Below, piece by piece: positions 1-16,630 of a DNA stretch of 64,000 bases (position 1 is the stretch's first letter; each line of letters begins with the position of its first letter). Where the stretch lies: assembly GCF_048403405.1 (NCBI RefSeq), contig NZ_CP183129.1; one strand, written 5' to 3'. A program made the translations under genes and the position numbers. The notes under the pieces are model-generated. The model worked only from the letters and a program-made list of their open reading frames with translations. It was not told the origin of the DNA and did not search any database. The DNA comes from Escherichia coli (GTDB lineage Bacteria; Pseudomonadota; Gammaproteobacteria; Enterobacterales; Enterobacteriaceae).

Positions 1-188
1 CCATCCTGGATATTGGTGCGTGCTCCGATCTGTACATAATGTACATCTCCACGAATAACAACGAGCGGCCAGATCCCCACATCATCAGCCAGACGAACGT
101 CACCAATCACGACGCTGCTATCGTCGATCATTACGCGCTGACCGATTTGTGGAAAAAGATCGCGGTATGGGCGTAAAACATCAGACAT
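1..188 (-). CDS. yrdA: 5' part of hexapeptide-repeat / gamma-carbonic-anhydrase-like protein YrdA (runs off the window)
   Basis: Reverse-strand translation from the ATG at 188 gives MSDVLRPYRDLFPQIGQRVMIDDSSVVIGDVRLADDVGIWPLVVIRGDVHYVQIGARTNIQDG, which matches my recollection of K-12 YrdA. Its position next to rrnD is as in K-12. Confidence 0.8.
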   Translation of the reverse strand, partial: MSDVLRPYRDLFPQIGQRVMIDDSSVVIGDVRLADDVGIWPLVVIRGDVHYVQIGARTNIQD

Positions 189-340
189 AATTACCTCAGC
201 AATAAATGATTTACTAATGACTTTGGGTGCATTATTGGCCTTGTGCAAGTCTTTTAGCATGCAAAAAAGCACCGTTTTGTGTGCGAATGCAGCAAAAAGG
301 GTGAAAAAGCAACAAACAGAAAAAAAGATCAAAAAAGTAC

Positions 341-368
341 TTGTGCAAAAAATTGGGATCCCTATAAT
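341..368 (+). promoter_or_regulatory. rrn P1 promoter (-35 TTGTGC 341-346, 16-nt spacer, -10 TATAAT 363-368, GC-rich discriminator GCGCC)
   Basis: Classical rrn P1 layout, preceded by an A-rich UP-like tract (311-338). Confidence 0.7.
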
Positions 369-448
369 GCGCCTCCGTTGAGACGACAACGTGAAACACT
401 TCACAAGATGGTCGTAACAACAAAGAGAAAAAATCCTGAAATTCAGGG

Positions 449-476
449 TTGACTCTGAAAGAGGAAAGCGTAATAT
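449..476 (+). promoter_or_regulatory. rrn P2 promoter (-35 TTGACT 449-454, -10 TAATAT 471-476)
   Basis: Consensus-like hexamers with a 16-nt spacer, about 110 nt downstream of P1 as in E. coli rrn operons. Confidence 0.7.
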
Positions 477-516
477 ACGCCACCTCGCGACAGTGAGCTG
501 AAAGCCGCGTCGCAAA

Positions 517-529
517 TGCTCTTTAACAA
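517..529 (+). promoter_or_regulatory. rrn leader boxA antitermination element
   Basis: Exact TGCTCTTTAACAA in the leader upstream of 16S. Confidence 0.8.
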
Positions 530-660
530 TTTATCAGACAATCTGTGTGGGCACTCGAAGATACGGATTCTTAACGTCGCAAGACGAAAATTGAATACCA
601 AGTCTCAAGAGTGAACACGTAATTCATTACGAAGTTTAATTCTTTGAGCATCAAACTTTT

Positions 661-2202
<1,542 letters not shown>

Positions 2203-2270
2203 CCTTAAAGAACTGTACTTTGCAGTGCTCACACAGATTGTCTGATGAAAATGAGCAGTAAAACCTCTAC

Positions 2271-2347
<77 letters not shown>

Positions 2348-2389
2348 AATTTGCACCGCAAATTTGAAGAGGTTTTAACTACATGTTAT

Positions 2390-2465
2390 GGGGCTATAGC
2401 TCAGCTGGGAGAGCGCCTGCTTTGCACGCAGGAGGTCTGCGGTTCGATCCCGCATAGCTCCACCA
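2390..2465 (+). tRNA. alaU: tRNA-Ala (TGC)
   Basis: GGGGCTATAGCTCAGCTGGGAGAGC...CTCCACCA; anticodon TGC. Confidence 0.95.
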
Positions 2466-2648
2466 TCTCTGTAGTGATTAAATAAAAAATACTTCAGAGT
2501 GTACCTGCAAAGGTTCACTGCGAAGTTTTGCTCTTTAAAAATCTGGATCAAGCTGAAAATTGAAACACTGAACAACGAAAGTTGTTCGTGAGTCTCTCAA
2601 ATTTTCGCAACACGATGATGAATCGAAAGAAACATCTTCGGGTTGTGA

Positions 2649-5550
<2,902 letters not shown>

Positions 5551-5642
5551 ACAACGCCGAAGATGTTTTGGCGGATGAGAGAAGATTTTCAGCCTGATAC
5601 AGATTAACTCAGAACGCAGAAGCGGTCTGATGAAACAGAATT

Positions 5643-5762
5643 TGCCTGGCGGCCGTAGCGCGGTGGTCCCACCTGACCCCATGCCGAACTCAGAAGTGAA
5701 ACGCCGTAGCGCCGATGGTAGTGTGGGGTCTCCCCATGCGAGAGTAGGGAACTGCCAGGCAT
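5643..5762 (+). rRNA. rrfD: 5S ribosomal RNA
   Basis: TGCCTGGCGGCCGTAGCGCGGTGGTCCCACC...GGGAACTGCCAGGCAT; 120 nt. Confidence 0.95.
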
Positions 5763-5774
5763 CAAATTTAGCGT

Positions 5775-5850
5775 GCTGATATGGCTCAGTTGGTAGAGCG
5801 CACCCTTGGTAAGGGTGAGGTCCCCAGTTCGACTCTGGGTATCAGCACCA
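5775..5850 (+). tRNA. thrV: tRNA-Thr (GGT)
   Basis: GCTGATATGGCTCAGTTGGTAGAGC...TATCAGCACCA; anticodon GGT. A distal tRNA-Thr is typical of rrnD. Confidence 0.93.
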
Positions 5851-5887
5851 CTTTTTAGGTTAAAGTTCGGCAGATTAGAAAAGAATT

Positions 5888-6007
5888 TGTCTGGCGGCAG
5901 TAGCGCGGTGGTCCCACCTGACCCCATGCCGAACTCAGAAGTGAAACGCCGTAGCGCCGATGGTAGTGTGGGGTCTCCCCATGCGAGAGTAGGGAACTGC
6001 CAGACAT
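5888..6007 (+). rRNA. rrfF: second 5S ribosomal RNA
   Basis: TGTCTGGCGGCAGTAGCGCGGTGG...GGGAACTGCCAGACAT; 120 nt, a near copy of 5643-5762. Confidence 0.93.
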
Positions 6008-6016
6008 CAAATAAAA

Positions 6017-6052
6017 CAAAAGGCTCAGTCGGAAGACTGGGCCTTTTGTTTT
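6017..6052 (+). terminator. rrn T1-type rho-independent terminator
   Basis: Stem AAAAGGCTCAGTC / GACTGGGCCTTTT followed by a T-run. Confidence 0.8.
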
Positions 6053-6186
6053 ATCTGTTGTTTGTCGGTGAACACTCTCCCGAGTAGGACAAATCCGCCG
6101 GGAGCGGATTTGAACTTTGCGAAGCAACGGCCCGGAGGGTGGCGGGCAGGACGCCCGCCATAAACTGCCAGACATCAAATCAAGCG

Positions 6187-6220
6187 AAAGGCCATCCGAA
6201 AGGATGGCCTTTTTGCTTTT
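6187..6220. terminator. hairpin terminator between the rrn operon and the convergent yhdZ
   Basis: Stem AAAGGCCATCC, loop GAAA, stem GGATGGCCTTT, then TTTGCTTTT. A/T runs on both sides suggest bidirectional function. Confidence 0.7.
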
Positions 6221-6235
6221 CGAACTAACATTCAA

Positions 6236-6994
6236 TTAATGGATCACCTGCGATAAAAATGCCCTCGTACGCTCTGATTTAGGATGCGCAAAAAACTCAT
6301 CCGGTGCAGCTTGTTCCACTATCTCCCCACGATCCATAAAAATCACCCTGTCAGCGACGGTTCGTGCAAACCCCATCTCATGTGTTACACACAACATTGT
6401 CATACCCGACTGCGCCAGCCCAATCATCGTATCCAGCACTTCTTTCACCATCTCCGGATCGAGCGCCGACGTAGGTTCATCAAATAGCATGATCTTTGGT
6501 TTCATACAAAGTGAACGTGCTATGGCAACGCGTTGCTGCTGACCACCCGAAATCTGTCCGGGAAACTTCTGGGCATGTTCGGCAATTCTCACCCGCTCAA
6601 GGTAATGCATCGCCAGAGCTTCAGCCTCTTTTTTAGGCATCTTGCGTACCCAAATCGGTGCCAGGGTACAGTTCTGTAGAACGGTCAGATGAGGGAAGAG
6701 ATTGAAATGCTGAAAGACCATTCCCACTTCCTGCCTGACGCGCTCAATATTGCGGATATCTTCATTAAGTTCGATGCCATCCACCACGATCCGTCCCTGT
6801 TGATGTTCTTCCAGATGATTAATACAACGAATGGTTGTCGATTTACCGGAACCAGAAGGGCCACACAGAACGATCCGTTCTCCCGGTTGCACGGTTAAAT
6901 TTATATTTTTCAAAACATGGAATTGTCCATACCATTTATTGACGTTTTCCAGCGTAATCATCGCGTTAGCAGGTTGCAGTAAAATTTGGCTCAT
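6236..6994 (-). CDS. yhdZ: amino-acid ABC transporter ATP-binding protein
   Basis: 252 aa with Walker [10 protein letters not shown], signature [13 protein letters not shown] and Walker [12 protein letters not shown]; K-12 synteny. Confidence 0.93.
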   Translation of the reverse strand: MSQILLQPANAMITLENVNKWYGQFHVLKNINLTVQPGERIVLCGPSGSGKSTTIRCINHLEEHQQGRIVVDGIELNEDIRNIERVRQEVGMVFQHFNLFPHLTVLQNCTLAPIWVRKMPKKEAEALAMHYLERVRIAEHAQKFPGQISGGQQQRVAIARSLCMKPKIMLFDEPTSALDPEMVKEVLDTMIGLAQSGMTMLCVTHEMGFARTVADRVIFMDRGEIVEQAAPDEFFAHPKSERTRAFLSQVIH

Positions 6995-7001
6995 AGTGTC
7001 C

Positions 7002-8108
7002 TCAATGCGGTGTACGCCCGGTGTTAAAACGTTTTTCCAGATGTTGGCTATAACGTGACATGCTGAAACAGAAGATCCAGTAGATCAGCGCGGCGAAAAC
7101 ATACCCTTCCGTCGACATACCCAACCAGGCGGGATCAACGGTTGCCTGCTGAACGCTACTGAAAAGATCGAACAACCCGATGATGATCACCAGGCTGGTA
7201 TCTTTGAAAAGTGCGATGATGGTATTTACCAGCCCAGGAATCACCAGCTTCAACGCCTGTGGCAGAATAACCAGCCCCTGGGTTTTCCAGTAACCCAACG
7301 CCAGCGACTCTGCCGCTTCATATTGCCCTTTAGGCAGCGCCTGTAATCCGCCTCGCACGACTTCCGCAACATATGCTGACTGAAACAGGATCACGCCAAC
7401 CAGCGCGCGGATCAATTTGTCGATACTGGTGCCTTCTGCCATAAACAACGGCAGCATGACCGAAGACATAAACAGAACGGTAATCAGCGGTACACCGCGC
7501 CAGAACTCGATAAAAATGACCGATAAGATACGCACAATCGGCATATGGGAGCGGCGACCTAACGCCAGTAAGATCCCCCACGGCAGCGCCCCCGCAATCC
7601 CAACTGATGCAATAATTAAAGTTAGCGTCAGCCCGCCCCATTGCCGGGTTTCAACCCGCTCAAGACCAAGAAACCCGCCATACATCAGCCACCAGACAAT
7701 CAGTGGGTAAATCACCGCCCATACCGCAATATAGCGACCGCGATGCGGGAGTATTTTCCAGAACATTGGTGCGATCGACACAAGCCCAATCAGTAATGCG
7801 AGGTTAATTCGCCAGCGTTGGTCGTGTGGGTAAAGCCCATACATAAACTGACCAAATCGTTCGTGGATGAAGACCCAACAGGCACCGGCTTTTGTGCAGT
7901 CGGTACGCGTTGAGCCAACCCAGTTAGCCTGCAAAAATGCCCAGTTCAGCAACGGTGGAATCAGTTCCCACATCAACCATATGCAGCCAATAGTCAGCAG
8001 GCTATTGCTCCAGCTGGAGAACAGATTTTTTCGCACCCACACCATCGCGCGGCTTGAGTTATGGCTCGCCGGGCGCGGGGGATGAGACAGCAATACTTTT
8101 GTCATCAT
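7002..8108 (-). CDS. yhdY: amino-acid ABC transporter permease
   Basis: 368-aa polytopic membrane protein with a HisM/GlnP-type EAA loop ([11 protein letters not shown]); synteny. Confidence 0.9.
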   Translation of the reverse strand: MMTKVLLSHPPRPASHNSSRAMVWVRKNLFSSWSNSLLTIGCIWLMWELIPPLLNWAFLQANWVGSTRTDCTKAGACWVFIHERFGQFMYGLYPHDQRWRINLALLIGLVSIAPMFWKILPHRGRYIAVWAVIYPLIVWWLMYGGFLGLERVETRQWGGLTLTLIIASVGIAGALPWGILLALGRRSHMPIVRILSVIFIEFWRGVPLITVLFMSSVMLPLFMAEGTSIDKLIRALVGVILFQSAYVAEVVRGGLQALPKGQYEAAESLALGYWKTQGLVILPQALKLVIPGLVNTIIALFKDTSLVIIIGLFDLFSSVQQATVDPAWLGMSTEGYVFAALIYWIFCFSMSRYSQHLEKRFNTGRTPH

Positions 8109-8114
8109 GACTCC

Positions 8115-9296
8115 TTAGCGTTCAACGATCGCGATGCGGCGGTTATAGATATTCATCAACAGCGAGATAGTCAGGCTGATAATCAGATAGACCGACATGG
8201 TCATGGCTATCGTCTCGATGGCTTGCCCCGTCTGGTTCAGCACGGTGCCAGCAAACAGCGAAACCATATCCGGATAGCCAATCGCGGCGGCAAGAGAGGA
8301 GTTTTTGACGATGTTGAGATACTGGCTGGTTAACGGCGGAATAATCACTCGCAGTGCCTGGGGAATAATGACCTGGCGTAGCGTAACCGGGTTGGGTAAT
8401 CCCAGTGACCGTGCCGCTTCATGTTGACCATAAGGCACTGCCTGGATCCCAGCGCGGATAATCTCGGCGATAAATGCAGAGGTATAAACCGAAAGCGCCA
8501 GCGTTAAGGCTGCCAGTTCAGGAATTAAAACCATCCCGCCACGGAAGTTGAAGCCTCGTAGGGCTGGAACATCCCAGTGTAGTGCTGCGCCAAAAAGCCA
8601 TTGCGCCAGTAAAGGCAAACCTATGATCAACATAACGGCGACCGGCCAGGTTCGGCGCAATTGTCCGGTCTTTATCTGGTACGTTTTATTAAAACGGAAT
8701 AGTCCAACAGAAATGGCTATAGCAATAACAACAGTCACGATAAACGCAATAAATCCGTCTCCCAGCTGCGGTGACGGAATATAAAGCCCACGATTGCTCA
8801 AAAAGGCCAGATCAAACGCGCTCACAGCCTGGCGTGGTCCGGGTAAATTGCGCAACACGGCAAAGTACCAGAAGAAGATTTGCAGCAGCGGCGGAATATT
8901 ACGGAAGATCTCAATATAAATTGTGGAAAGCTTTCGTAGCAGCCAGTTATCCGAAAGTCGCGCCAGACCGATAAAGAAGCCCAGAACAGAAGCGAATACA
9001 ATACACAATGCAGAAACCAGTAGCGTATTGAGTAAGCCAACAATGAAAACGCGTCTGTAGGTATCACCCTGCTGGTAATCGATCAAATGCTGGACAATAC
9101 CGAAGCCAGCGCCGCGATCCAGAAAGGCAAAACCTGAAGTAATGCCACGATTACTGAGATTCGTCACAGTGTTGTGAAATAGCCAACCAACAATGCCAAC
9201 AACAGCAACAACGGCAAGGATCTGGAATAACCAGGCGCGAACCGTAGGGTTGGCAAAGGAGAGTGAGCCTTTAACGGTTGAGCGGCGATGAGACAT
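8115..9296 (-). CDS. yhdX: amino-acid ABC transporter permease
   Basis: Membrane permease (EAARSLGL loop). I chose the start at MSHRRSTVKG (393 aa) rather than the longer ORF-track start. Confidence 0.88.
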   Translation of the reverse strand: MSHRRSTVKGSLSFANPTVRAWLFQILAVVAVVGIVGWLFHNTVTNLSNRGITSGFAFLDRGAGFGIVQHLIDYQQGDTYRRVFIVGLLNTLLVSALCIVFASVLGFFIGLARLSDNWLLRKLSTIYIEIFRNIPPLLQIFFWYFAVLRNLPGPRQAVSAFDLAFLSNRGLYIPSPQLGDGFIAFIVTVVIAIAISVGLFRFNKTYQIKTGQLRRTWPVAVMLIIGLPLLAQWLFGAALHWDVPALRGFNFRGGMVLIPELAALTLALSVYTSAFIAEIIRAGIQAVPYGQHEAARSLGLPNPVTLRQVIIPQALRVIIPPLTSQYLNIVKNSSLAAAIGYPDMVSLFAGTVLNQTGQAIETIAMTMSVYLIISLTISLLMNIYNRRIAIVER

Positions 9297-9363
9297 AGAA
9301 ACCTCGGAAAGCATAACGCTGAAGAGAGCGCCGCCGTAGCGACGCTCGTTACCTCACACCGAC

Positions 9364-10389
9364 TTAACGCACGGGCGGCGCGTACTGAATTCCGCCGTTA
9401 TTCCAGAGATTATTTTGCCCACGTTTAATTTTCAGCGGGCTTTCTGAACCTACGTTACGCTCAAAAATTTCCGAGTAGTTACCCACCTGTTTGATGATGT
9501 TGTAAGCCCATTTATTATCCAGCTTCAGATCCTTGCCGTAATCGCCCTCTTTACCCAGCAGATGTGCCATATCGGGCGTTGCTGGATTAGCCGCTTTTTC
9601 ATCGACGTTTTGCGAGTTAACGCCCATCTCTTCAGCATTCAGCATGGCGAAAAGCGTCCAGCGTACAATTGAGAACCATTCATCATCGCCACGACGAACT
9701 ACCGGCCCAAGCGGTTCTTTAGAGATAACTTCCGGTAAGACAATCCATTCAGCTGGGTTGCTTAATTTGATGCGCAGGGCATACAGTTGTGATTGATCCG
9801 AGGCTAGCGTATCGCAGCGACCAGATTCCAGTGCCTTCGCTGATTCGTCAGAGCGATCGAAAGTCACTGGTGTGTACTTCATATTGTTTGCCTTAAAGTA
9901 ATCGGCAACGTTGAGTTCGGTATCAGTACCCGCCTGAATACAGACGGTAGCGCCATCCAGTTCTTTCGCGCTTTTTAGTCCCGCTTTATCGTGAGTCAGG
10001 AAGCCAATGCCGTCGTAATAAGTGACGCCGGTAAATGCCATTCCCATCCCGGCATCGCGAGATGAAGTCCAGGTCGTATTACGGGAGAGCAAATCCACCT
10101 CCCCTGACTGTAAAGCCGTGAAGCGTTCTTTTGCAGTGAGCGGGGTATATTTCACTTTCGTGTCGTCACCAAATACAGCTGCCGCAACACCACGACAAAC
10201 ATCTACATCAATACCTGAAAACTTACCGTCAGCATCGGCATAAGAGAACCCAGGTAATCCATCACTGATCCCGCATTGCACAAAACCTTTTTTCTGTACG
10301 GCATCAAGCGTCGCGCCAGCATGCGCCTGATTTGCAACGGCAAGCAGCACGCTGGCGGCAGCCAGTGTGGCTATCATCATCTTTTTCAT
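9364..10389 (-). CDS. yhdW: periplasmic amino-acid-binding protein of the ABC transporter (intact, 341 aa)
   Basis: Signal peptide MKKMMIATLAAASVLLAVANQAHA followed by a family-3 solute-binding fold sequence; synteny. Confidence 0.9.
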   Translation of the reverse strand: MKKMMIATLAAASVLLAVANQAHAGATLDAVQKKGFVQCGISDGLPGFSYADADGKFSGIDVDVCRGVAAAVFGDDTKVKYTPLTAKERFTALQSGEVDLLSRNTTWTSSRDAGMGMAFTGVTYYDGIGFLTHDKAGLKSAKELDGATVCIQAGTDTELNVADYFKANNMKYTPVTFDRSDESAKALESGRCDTLASDQSQLYALRIKLSNPAEWIVLPEVISKEPLGPVVRRGDDEWFSIVRWTLFAMLNAEEMGVNSQNVDEKAANPATPDMAHLLGKEGDYGKDLKLDNKWAYNIIKQVGNYSEIFERNVGSESPLKIKRGQNNLWNNGGIQYAPPVR

Positions 10390-10819
10390 AATGCTTCCTG
10401 TGAGGCGAAAATTATCGTTATAGGACGTTTGGGAAACGTCTTTTACCTGTCTGTGGCCATCCTCTTATAAGCAAAAGTAGTGCCAGTTTTTGCGCACGAT
10501 TTCGCGTCGCAATAAGCTGAGTGTAGACAGGAAATAATAAAAACAGCGCCCCGCAATGGTGCGAAAATGAAACATGCGCCACATTTTGGCGCAAAATATT
10601 TACGCGTTTTTTACTAAGCAGAATAATGATTGTTAGCGTGAGTATAATTCTGGTGTGAAGTGTGAAAATTAAATTGATGCGTTATTTCGAAAGCAGCGAA
10701 ATAACGCGATATAACATGCTAAATCAGCAGGGAATTAGCCAGCAGAATATAGCAATATTTTATCTTATGGTGAGATACTGTATCGTTAAACAGAGCGCGG
10801 TACTCCGCGCTCTGTTCAG

Positions 10820-11041
10820 TTATTTCGACAGCGCGATGATCCCCATCGTCAGGCCAGCTACAGCTGCTGCCCCGCCAGCAATAGCCCCAGCCGTTTCCCA
10901 GTTATCCTGAGTCGTGCCTTTCATACAGGTATTAGTGTGAACCAGTCGACCCTGATCGTCATAAACCGGAACGCAGGGCGAATCGTGAGCACAGCCCGCC
11001 AGCAATGCGGTGAGCAATGCCACAGGAATTAATCTTTTCAT
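10820..11041 (-). CDS. yhdV: small lipoprotein
   Basis: 73 aa with lipobox LLAGC and a Gly/Ala-rich C-terminus; position as in K-12. Confidence 0.8.
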   Translation of the reverse strand: MKRLIPVALLTALLAGCAHDSPCVPVYDDQGRLVHTNTCMKGTTQDNWETAGAIAGGAAAVAGLTMGIIALSK

Positions 11042-11293
11042 GGTGTTACCTCAGTAATAAACGCTAACGCTTAATAAGTTAACTCTCTTATTAACGAGCT
11101 GAATGCCATTTTATCACTGGAGGTTATAAATCTTGCGGAATGAATAATGACAAATTATGTGAATTGTAAAAATAGTGAAGGGAGCGGGAACTATAGAAAG
11201 TTTTTAAAAAGTGAGTAGAGGAATATCTTATTAATTTTTATGGGTTTCACTGGAAATAATAAAGACACCCGAAAGTGCCTTTATGTTTCTGAT

Positions 11294-14200
11294 TTATCCT
11301 TTAAAGCAACGGCGGATCACCACAAAGAACACCGGCACGAAGAAGATTGCCAGCAACGTTGCAGAAACCATCCCGCCCATTACCCCGATACCCACTGCGT
11401 TCTGCGCGCCACTGCCGGCACCGTTACTGATAGCTAGCGGTAATACGCCGAGAATAAAGGCGAGAGAGGTCATCAGGATAGGACGCAGGCGCATACGTAC
11501 TGCCATCAGTGTCGCTTCAACAACACCTTTACCCTCTTTCTCCATGAGATCTTTAGCGAACTCAACAATCAAAATAGCGTTTTTAGCCGACAAGCCAATT
11601 GTCGTTAGCAAGCCCACCATAAAGTAGACGTCATTTTTTTGATTAAAGAGTGTCGCCGCCAGTAGCACGCCGACAATCCCTAACGGCACGACCAACATAA
11701 CCGAGACAGGAATTGACCAGCTTTCATAGAGTGCAGCAAGGCACAGGAAAACAACCACAAAGGAAATTGCTACCAGAGCGGGAGCCTGGTTTCCCGATAA
11801 GCGTTCCTGATATGACATACCCGTCCAGTCATAATCAATGCCAGCTGGTAATTGTGATGCAAGGTTTTCCATCAACGCCATGGCATCGCCGGAACTGGTT
11901 CCTGGCGCGGCTTCCCCCTGAATCTCCATTGACGGCAGACCGTTGTAGCGCTCCAGTCGCGGAGAGCCATACACCCAATGTGCAGTGGTAAAGGCCGAGA
12001 ATGGCACCATTTCGCCGTTGGCGCTGCGGACATAAAGTTTATCGACATCTTCTGGCAGCATACGGAATTTGGCATCCGCCTGAACATACACCTTTTTCAC
12101 GCGACCACGGTCAATGAAGTCGTTAACGTAAGTCCCACCCAACGCCGTTGAAATGGTCTGATTGATGTCAGAAAGTGAAACACCTAATGCCTGCGCCTTT
12201 TCCTGGTCAACTTCCAGTTTAAACTGCGCGGTGTCTTCCAGACCATTAGGACGCACGCTGACTAAGCTGGCAGGATGTTGCGCCGCCATACCAAGCAACT
12301 GGTTACGGGCCTGGGTTAGGGCATCGTGACCCAGCCCAGCCTGATCAATTAACTCAAAGTCGAAACCCGTTGCCGTGCCCAGTTCAACAATGGCTGGCAT
12401 ATTGAATGGAATGACAAAACCGTCGCGGATCTTGCCCAATTCCATTTTGGCGCGATGGATTACCGCTTCCGCACTGTTTTCGTCACCACTACGCTCTTCC
12501 CACGGTTTCAGACTGACGAAGGCCATACCGGCGTTTTGTGCCTGGCCGCTGAAGCTAAAACCGTTAACCGTAAAGACACTTTCAACGTTCGCTTTTTCGT
12601 TTTTCAGATAGTAATCCGTCACTTGATCCAACACTTTTTGCGTCCGCTCTTGCGTCGCGCCAGCGGGTAACTGAATCATGGTCAGAAAGACACCCTGATC
12701 CTCTTCAGGTAAGAAGGAAGACGGAAGGCGTAAAAACAACACCACCATTCCTGCAACAATCAGCGCATAGATCAGTAAATATCGTCCTGTGGAACCGAGG
12801 ATTTTGCCGACGCTGTTGGTGTAGTGGTTAACGCTATGATCGAAGGTGGTATTAAACCAGCCGAAGAAACTGCCCTTATTTTCGTGATGCTCAGCAGAGA
12901 CGGGTTTAAGCAGCGTTGCACATAACGCAGGGGTAAGAATCAATGCCACCAGAACAGAAAGCGCCATTGCCGAAACGATGGTGATAGAGAACTGGCGATA
13001 AATTGCCCCAGTAGAACCGCCGAAGAATGCCATCGGAATAAATACCGCTGACAGCACCATCGCGATACCCACCAGTGCGCCCTGAATTTGCGACATTGAT
13101 TTTTCCGTCGCTTCTTTTGGCGGGAGCTTATCCTCCATCATCACGCGCTCGACGTTCTCCACCACCACTATCGCATCATCGACGAGCAGCCCGATGGCAA
13201 GCACCATCCCGAACATCGTTAGTGTGTTGATGGAGTAACCAAAAGCGGCGAGGATGGCAAACGTCCCTAACAACACTACGGGTACCGCAATGGTGGGGAT
13301 CAGCGTTGCTCGCATATTCTGCAAGAACAGATACATCACCAGGAACACCAGCATAATGGCTTCGAACAGCGTTTTTACCACTTCGTGAATAGAAAGCTGG
13401 ACGAATGGTGTGGTGTCATAAGGGTAGAGAACCTTCATTCCCTGCGGGAAGAATGGCTGTAATTCCGCCAGTTTTGCCTTAATGGCTTTCGCGGTATCGA
13501 GAGCATTCGCGCCGGTTGCCAGCTTAATACCCAGGCCCGCCGCCGGTTTACCGTTGATGCGAGCGATAACGTTATAGTTTTCACCGCCAAGTTCAACCCG
13601 TGCGACATCTTTCAGGCGTACCACCGAGCCGTCACTGTTTACGCGCAAGGTCACTTTGCCGAATTCTTCCGGATTTTTTAACCGCGTCTGAGCAATAATC
13701 GAGGCGTTCAACTGTTGCCCTGGTAACGCTGGCGTTCCGCCCAACTGTCCGGCAGCGATCTGATCGTTCTGTACCTTCAACTGGTTAATCACATCAACCG
13801 GCGTCAGTTTGTATTTGTTTAGCAGATCGGCGTCCAACCAGATACGCATCGCATACTGTGCGCCGAAAAGTTGTACGTCACCGACGCCATTCAGACGGCT
13901 AAGCGTATCTTTAACGTTAGAGGCCACATAGTCCGAGATATCGTCCTGTGTGGTGCCTGGGTTATCAGAGACAAAGCCCGCCACCATCAAATAGCTGCTA
14001 CTGGACTTTTCAACACTGATCCCCTGCTGCTGTACCTCCTGCGGCAGCAACGGCGTGGCGAGCTGGAGTTTGTTCTGCACCTGCACTTGCGCGATATCTG
14101 GATCGGTCCCGGACTGGAAGGTAAGGGTAATTGTCACGCTACCGGCGGAATCGCTGGTGGAGGACATATACATCAGGTTATCGATACCATTCATATTCTG

Positions 14201-14398
14201 TTCGATAACCTGCGTCACCGTATCCTGCACAGTCTGCGCATCAGCGCCCGGATAGTTTGCCGAAACAGAAACTGCAGGCGGCGCAATGGTTGGGTATTGG
14301 GCGACGGGCAATTGTAGGATCGCCAGTACACCCGCCATCATCAGAATAATGGCCAGCACCCATGCAAATATCGGTCGTCGAATAAAAAAGTTTGCCAT
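11294..14398 (-). CDS. acrF: RND multidrug efflux pump, inner-membrane transporter
   Basis: 1034 aa starting [23 protein letters not shown], a typical AcrB/AcrF sequence; paired with acrE. Confidence 0.96.
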   Translation of the reverse strand: MANFFIRRPIFAWVLAIILMMAGVLAILQLPVAQYPTIAPPAVSVSANYPGADAQTVQDTVTQVIEQNMNGIDNLMYMSSTSDSAGSVTITLTFQSGTDPDIAQVQVQNKLQLATPLLPQEVQQQGISVEKSSSSYLMVAGFVSDNPGTTQDDISDYVASNVKDTLSRLNGVGDVQLFGAQYAMRIWLDADLLNKYKLTPVDVINQLKVQNDQIAAGQLGGTPALPGQQLNASIIAQTRLKNPEEFGKVTLRVNSDGSVVRLKDVARVELGGENYNVIARINGKPAAGLGIKLATGANALDTAKAIKAKLAELQPFFPQGMKVLYPYDTTPFVQLSIHEVVKTLFEAIMLVFLVMYLFLQNMRATLIPTIAVPVVLLGTFAILAAFGYSINTLTMFGMVLAIGLLVDDAIVVVENVERVMMEDKLPPKEATEKSMSQIQGALVGIAMVLSAVFIPMAFFGGSTGAIYRQFSITIVSAMALSVLVALILTPALCATLLKPVSAEHHENKGSFFGWFNTTFDHSVNHYTNSVGKILGSTGRYLLIYALIVAGMVVLFLRLPSSFLPEEDQGVFLTMIQLPAGATQERTQKVLDQVTDYYLKNEKANVESVFTVNGFSFSGQAQNAGMAFVSLKPWEERSGDENSAEAVIHRAKMELGKIRDGFVIPFNMPAIVELGTATGFDFELIDQAGLGHDALTQARNQLLGMAAQHPASLVSVRPNGLEDTAQFKLEVDQEKAQALGVSLSDINQTISTALGGTYVNDFIDRGRVKKVYVQADAKFRMLPEDVDKLYVRSANGEMVPFSAFTTAHWVYGSPRLERYNGLPSMEIQGEAAPGTSSGDAMALMENLASQLPAGIDYDWTGMSYQERLSGNQAPALVAISFVVVFLCLAALYESWSIPVSVMLVVPLGIVGVLLAATLFNQKNDVYFMVGLLTTIGLSAKNAILIVEFAKDLMEKEGKGVVEATLMAVRMRLRPILMTSLAFILGVLPLAISNGAGSGAQNAVGIGVMGGMVSATLLAIFFVPVFFVVIRRCFKG

Positions 14399-14409
14399 GT
14401 CAGATTGCC

Positions 14410-15567
14410 TTACTTCGATGCAGAATCTGCGGGGGTATCGGTAGTGGCTTTAACCTGCTCTCCCGGACGCGCTTTTTGCAGGCCGCTGACAATGACTTGA
14501 TCGCCAGATTTCAGCCCTTCGCTAATCAACCATTTATCGCCAATCGCCTGGCTGGCAACGACAGGGCGCGCTTCAACCTGACTTTTATCGTTAACAATCA
14601 GCACGGTTGCATCACCACGCGGTGTGCGGCTAACGCCTTGTTGCGGGATAAGAATGGCATCAGGTTGGACGCCTTCATCAATCCGTGCGCGCACAAACAT
14701 ACCAGGTAAAAGCGTATGTTGCGGGTTAGGGAAGACGGCACGTAGGGTTATGGAGCCGGTGCTTTCATCAACGGTAACATCGGAGAATTGAAGAGTACCT
14801 TTCAGGGGATAGGTTTGACCGTTCTCCATGACCAACTCTACGTTGCTGGCGGCGTTTTCCTTATGCAGATTTCCTTGCTCTACGGATTGCTTCAGCCTCA
14901 TAAAATCGTTGCTGGATTGGGTCACATCAACGTAGATAGGATCGAGCTGCTGGACAGTCGCCAGTTCGGTCGTTTGCCCATTAGTGACAAGAGCGCCTTC
15001 GGTCACAGTCGATTTGCCGATACGTCCACTAATTGGCGCAGTCACTTTGGTATAAGCGAGATTGATGTGAGCACTTTCGACCGTGGCTTTTGCGGCAATC
15101 ACGGCGGCATCGGCCTGGCGAGCATCAGCAATGGCCTGGTCGTACTCCTGCTGACTGATGTATTTCGTACCCACGAGCGGAACGTAACGTTTTACCGTCA
15201 AATGCGCGATGGCGGCGGCGGCTTCACTTTTCGCCAGTTCGCCTTTCGCGCTGTCATAACTTGCCTGATAGGTCGCGGGATCGATCTGGTACAGAGACTG
15301 GCCTGCTTGCACATCGCTGCCTTCAGTGAAATTGCGACTCAGTACGATCCCGCTAACCTGTGGGCGAACTTCGGCTATACGGTAAGCATTGGTGCGGCCT
15401 GGTAATTCAGTCTTAACTTCTAACGGGGCCGTTTTTACAATATGAACGGTAACCTGCGGTTCACCGACGTGAGCTTTCTCTTCTCCCTTATCGTTACAAC
15501 CGGCGATTAAAGCCGCGGAGATCAGAATAAAGGAGGGCAGGAGGAAAAACCTGGCATGTTTCGTCAT
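14410..15567 (-). CDS. acrE: RND efflux periplasmic adaptor lipoprotein
   Basis: 385 aa with lipobox LIAGC and HlyD/AcrA-like sequence; lies upstream of acrF. Confidence 0.95.
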   Translation of the reverse strand: MTKHARFFLLPSFILISAALIAGCNDKGEEKAHVGEPQVTVHIVKTAPLEVKTELPGRTNAYRIAEVRPQVSGIVLSRNFTEGSDVQAGQSLYQIDPATYQASYDSAKGELAKSEAAAAIAHLTVKRYVPLVGTKYISQQEYDQAIADARQADAAVIAAKATVESAHINLAYTKVTAPISGRIGKSTVTEGALVTNGQTTELATVQQLDPIYVDVTQSSNDFMRLKQSVEQGNLHKENAASNVELVMENGQTYPLKGTLQFSDVTVDESTGSITLRAVFPNPQHTLLPGMFVRARIDEGVQPDAILIPQQGVSRTPRGDATVLIVNDKSQVEARPVVASQAIGDKWLISEGLKSGDQVIVSGLQKARPGEQVKATTDTPADSASK

Positions 15568-15965
15568 TACTATTCCTCAAAAAACCAAAAGCGCGTTATT
15601 TACCCAAAAAGGGAACGCGTTAACTCGCAGAAAGAAAAATACAGTTCGCTATCCTACAAATTATCATTCGTCGATGTAAGGAATAGTTATGAATACAGGC
15701 GTCTCAAGGCACATAAACACAAAAAAAGATTAATATTCTACTGTTTTATTTTGACGCGGGTTGAAAGAGGCAGAATTAAAACCTCGTAAATTGAAATATA
15801 TATTGATAGAGTGAATGTATTTTAGGTGAATAATAAGCGTTATTTATTTGACGATTTATAGCAACTCAATATTATCCTCTCGTATAAATATACATTAGGT
15901 GATAGATTAACCTTCGCTATTTTCTCATCCTGTATCGAATATATTTATTTCCTGAATAATTAATC

Positions 15966-16628
15966 ATGGCAAAAAGAACCAAAGCTGAAGCCCTGAAGAC
16001 CCGGCAAGAACTGATTGAAACTGCCATCGCCCAGTTTGCGCAGCATGGCGTAAGCAAGACGACGCTCAACGACATTGCCGACGCCGCTAACGTTACGCGT
16101 GGCGCTATCTACTGGCACTTCGAGAACAAGACCCAACTGTTTAATGAGATGTGGTTGCAACAGCCTTCATTGCGGGAGTTAATCCAGGATCACTTGACTG
16201 CTGGGTTAGAGCATGACCCGTTTCAGCAATTGCGTGAAAAATTGATTGTTGGCTTGCAATATATTGCCAAAATTCCCCGCCAGCAGGCGTTGCTGAAAAT
16301 CTTATATCACAAATGTGAATTTAATGATGAGATGCTGGCAGAGGGAGTGATACGCGAAAAGATGGGTTTTAATCCGCAGACTCTCCGCGAAGTATTGCAG
16401 GCATGTCAGCAACAAGGTTGTATAGCAAATAATCTCGATTTAGATGTTGTGATGATTATTATTGATGGTGCCTTCAGCGGAATTGTTCAAAACTGGTTAA
16501 TGAATATGGCGGGTTATGATCTTTATAAACAAGCACCCGCACTGGTCGATAACGTATTAAGAATGTTCATGCCAGATGAAAACATAACGAAATTAATTCA
16601 TCAAGCGAATGAATTAAGTGTCATATAA
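15966..16628 (+). CDS. acrS: TetR-family repressor of acrEF/acrAB
   Basis: 220 aa with an N-terminal TetR HTH (TLNDIADAANVTRGAIYWHFENK); divergent from acrE across an AT-rich region. Confidence 0.92.
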   Translation: MAKRTKAEALKTRQELIETAIAQFAQHGVSKTTLNDIADAANVTRGAIYWHFENKTQLFNEMWLQQPSLRELIQDHLTAGLEHDPFQQLREKLIVGLQYIAKIPRQQALLKILYHKCEFNDEMLAEGVIREKMGFNPQTLREVLQACQQQGCIANNLDLDVVMIIIDGAFSGIVQNWLMNMAGYDLYKQAPALVDNVLRMFMPDENITKLIHQANELSVI

Positions 16629-16630
16629 AT

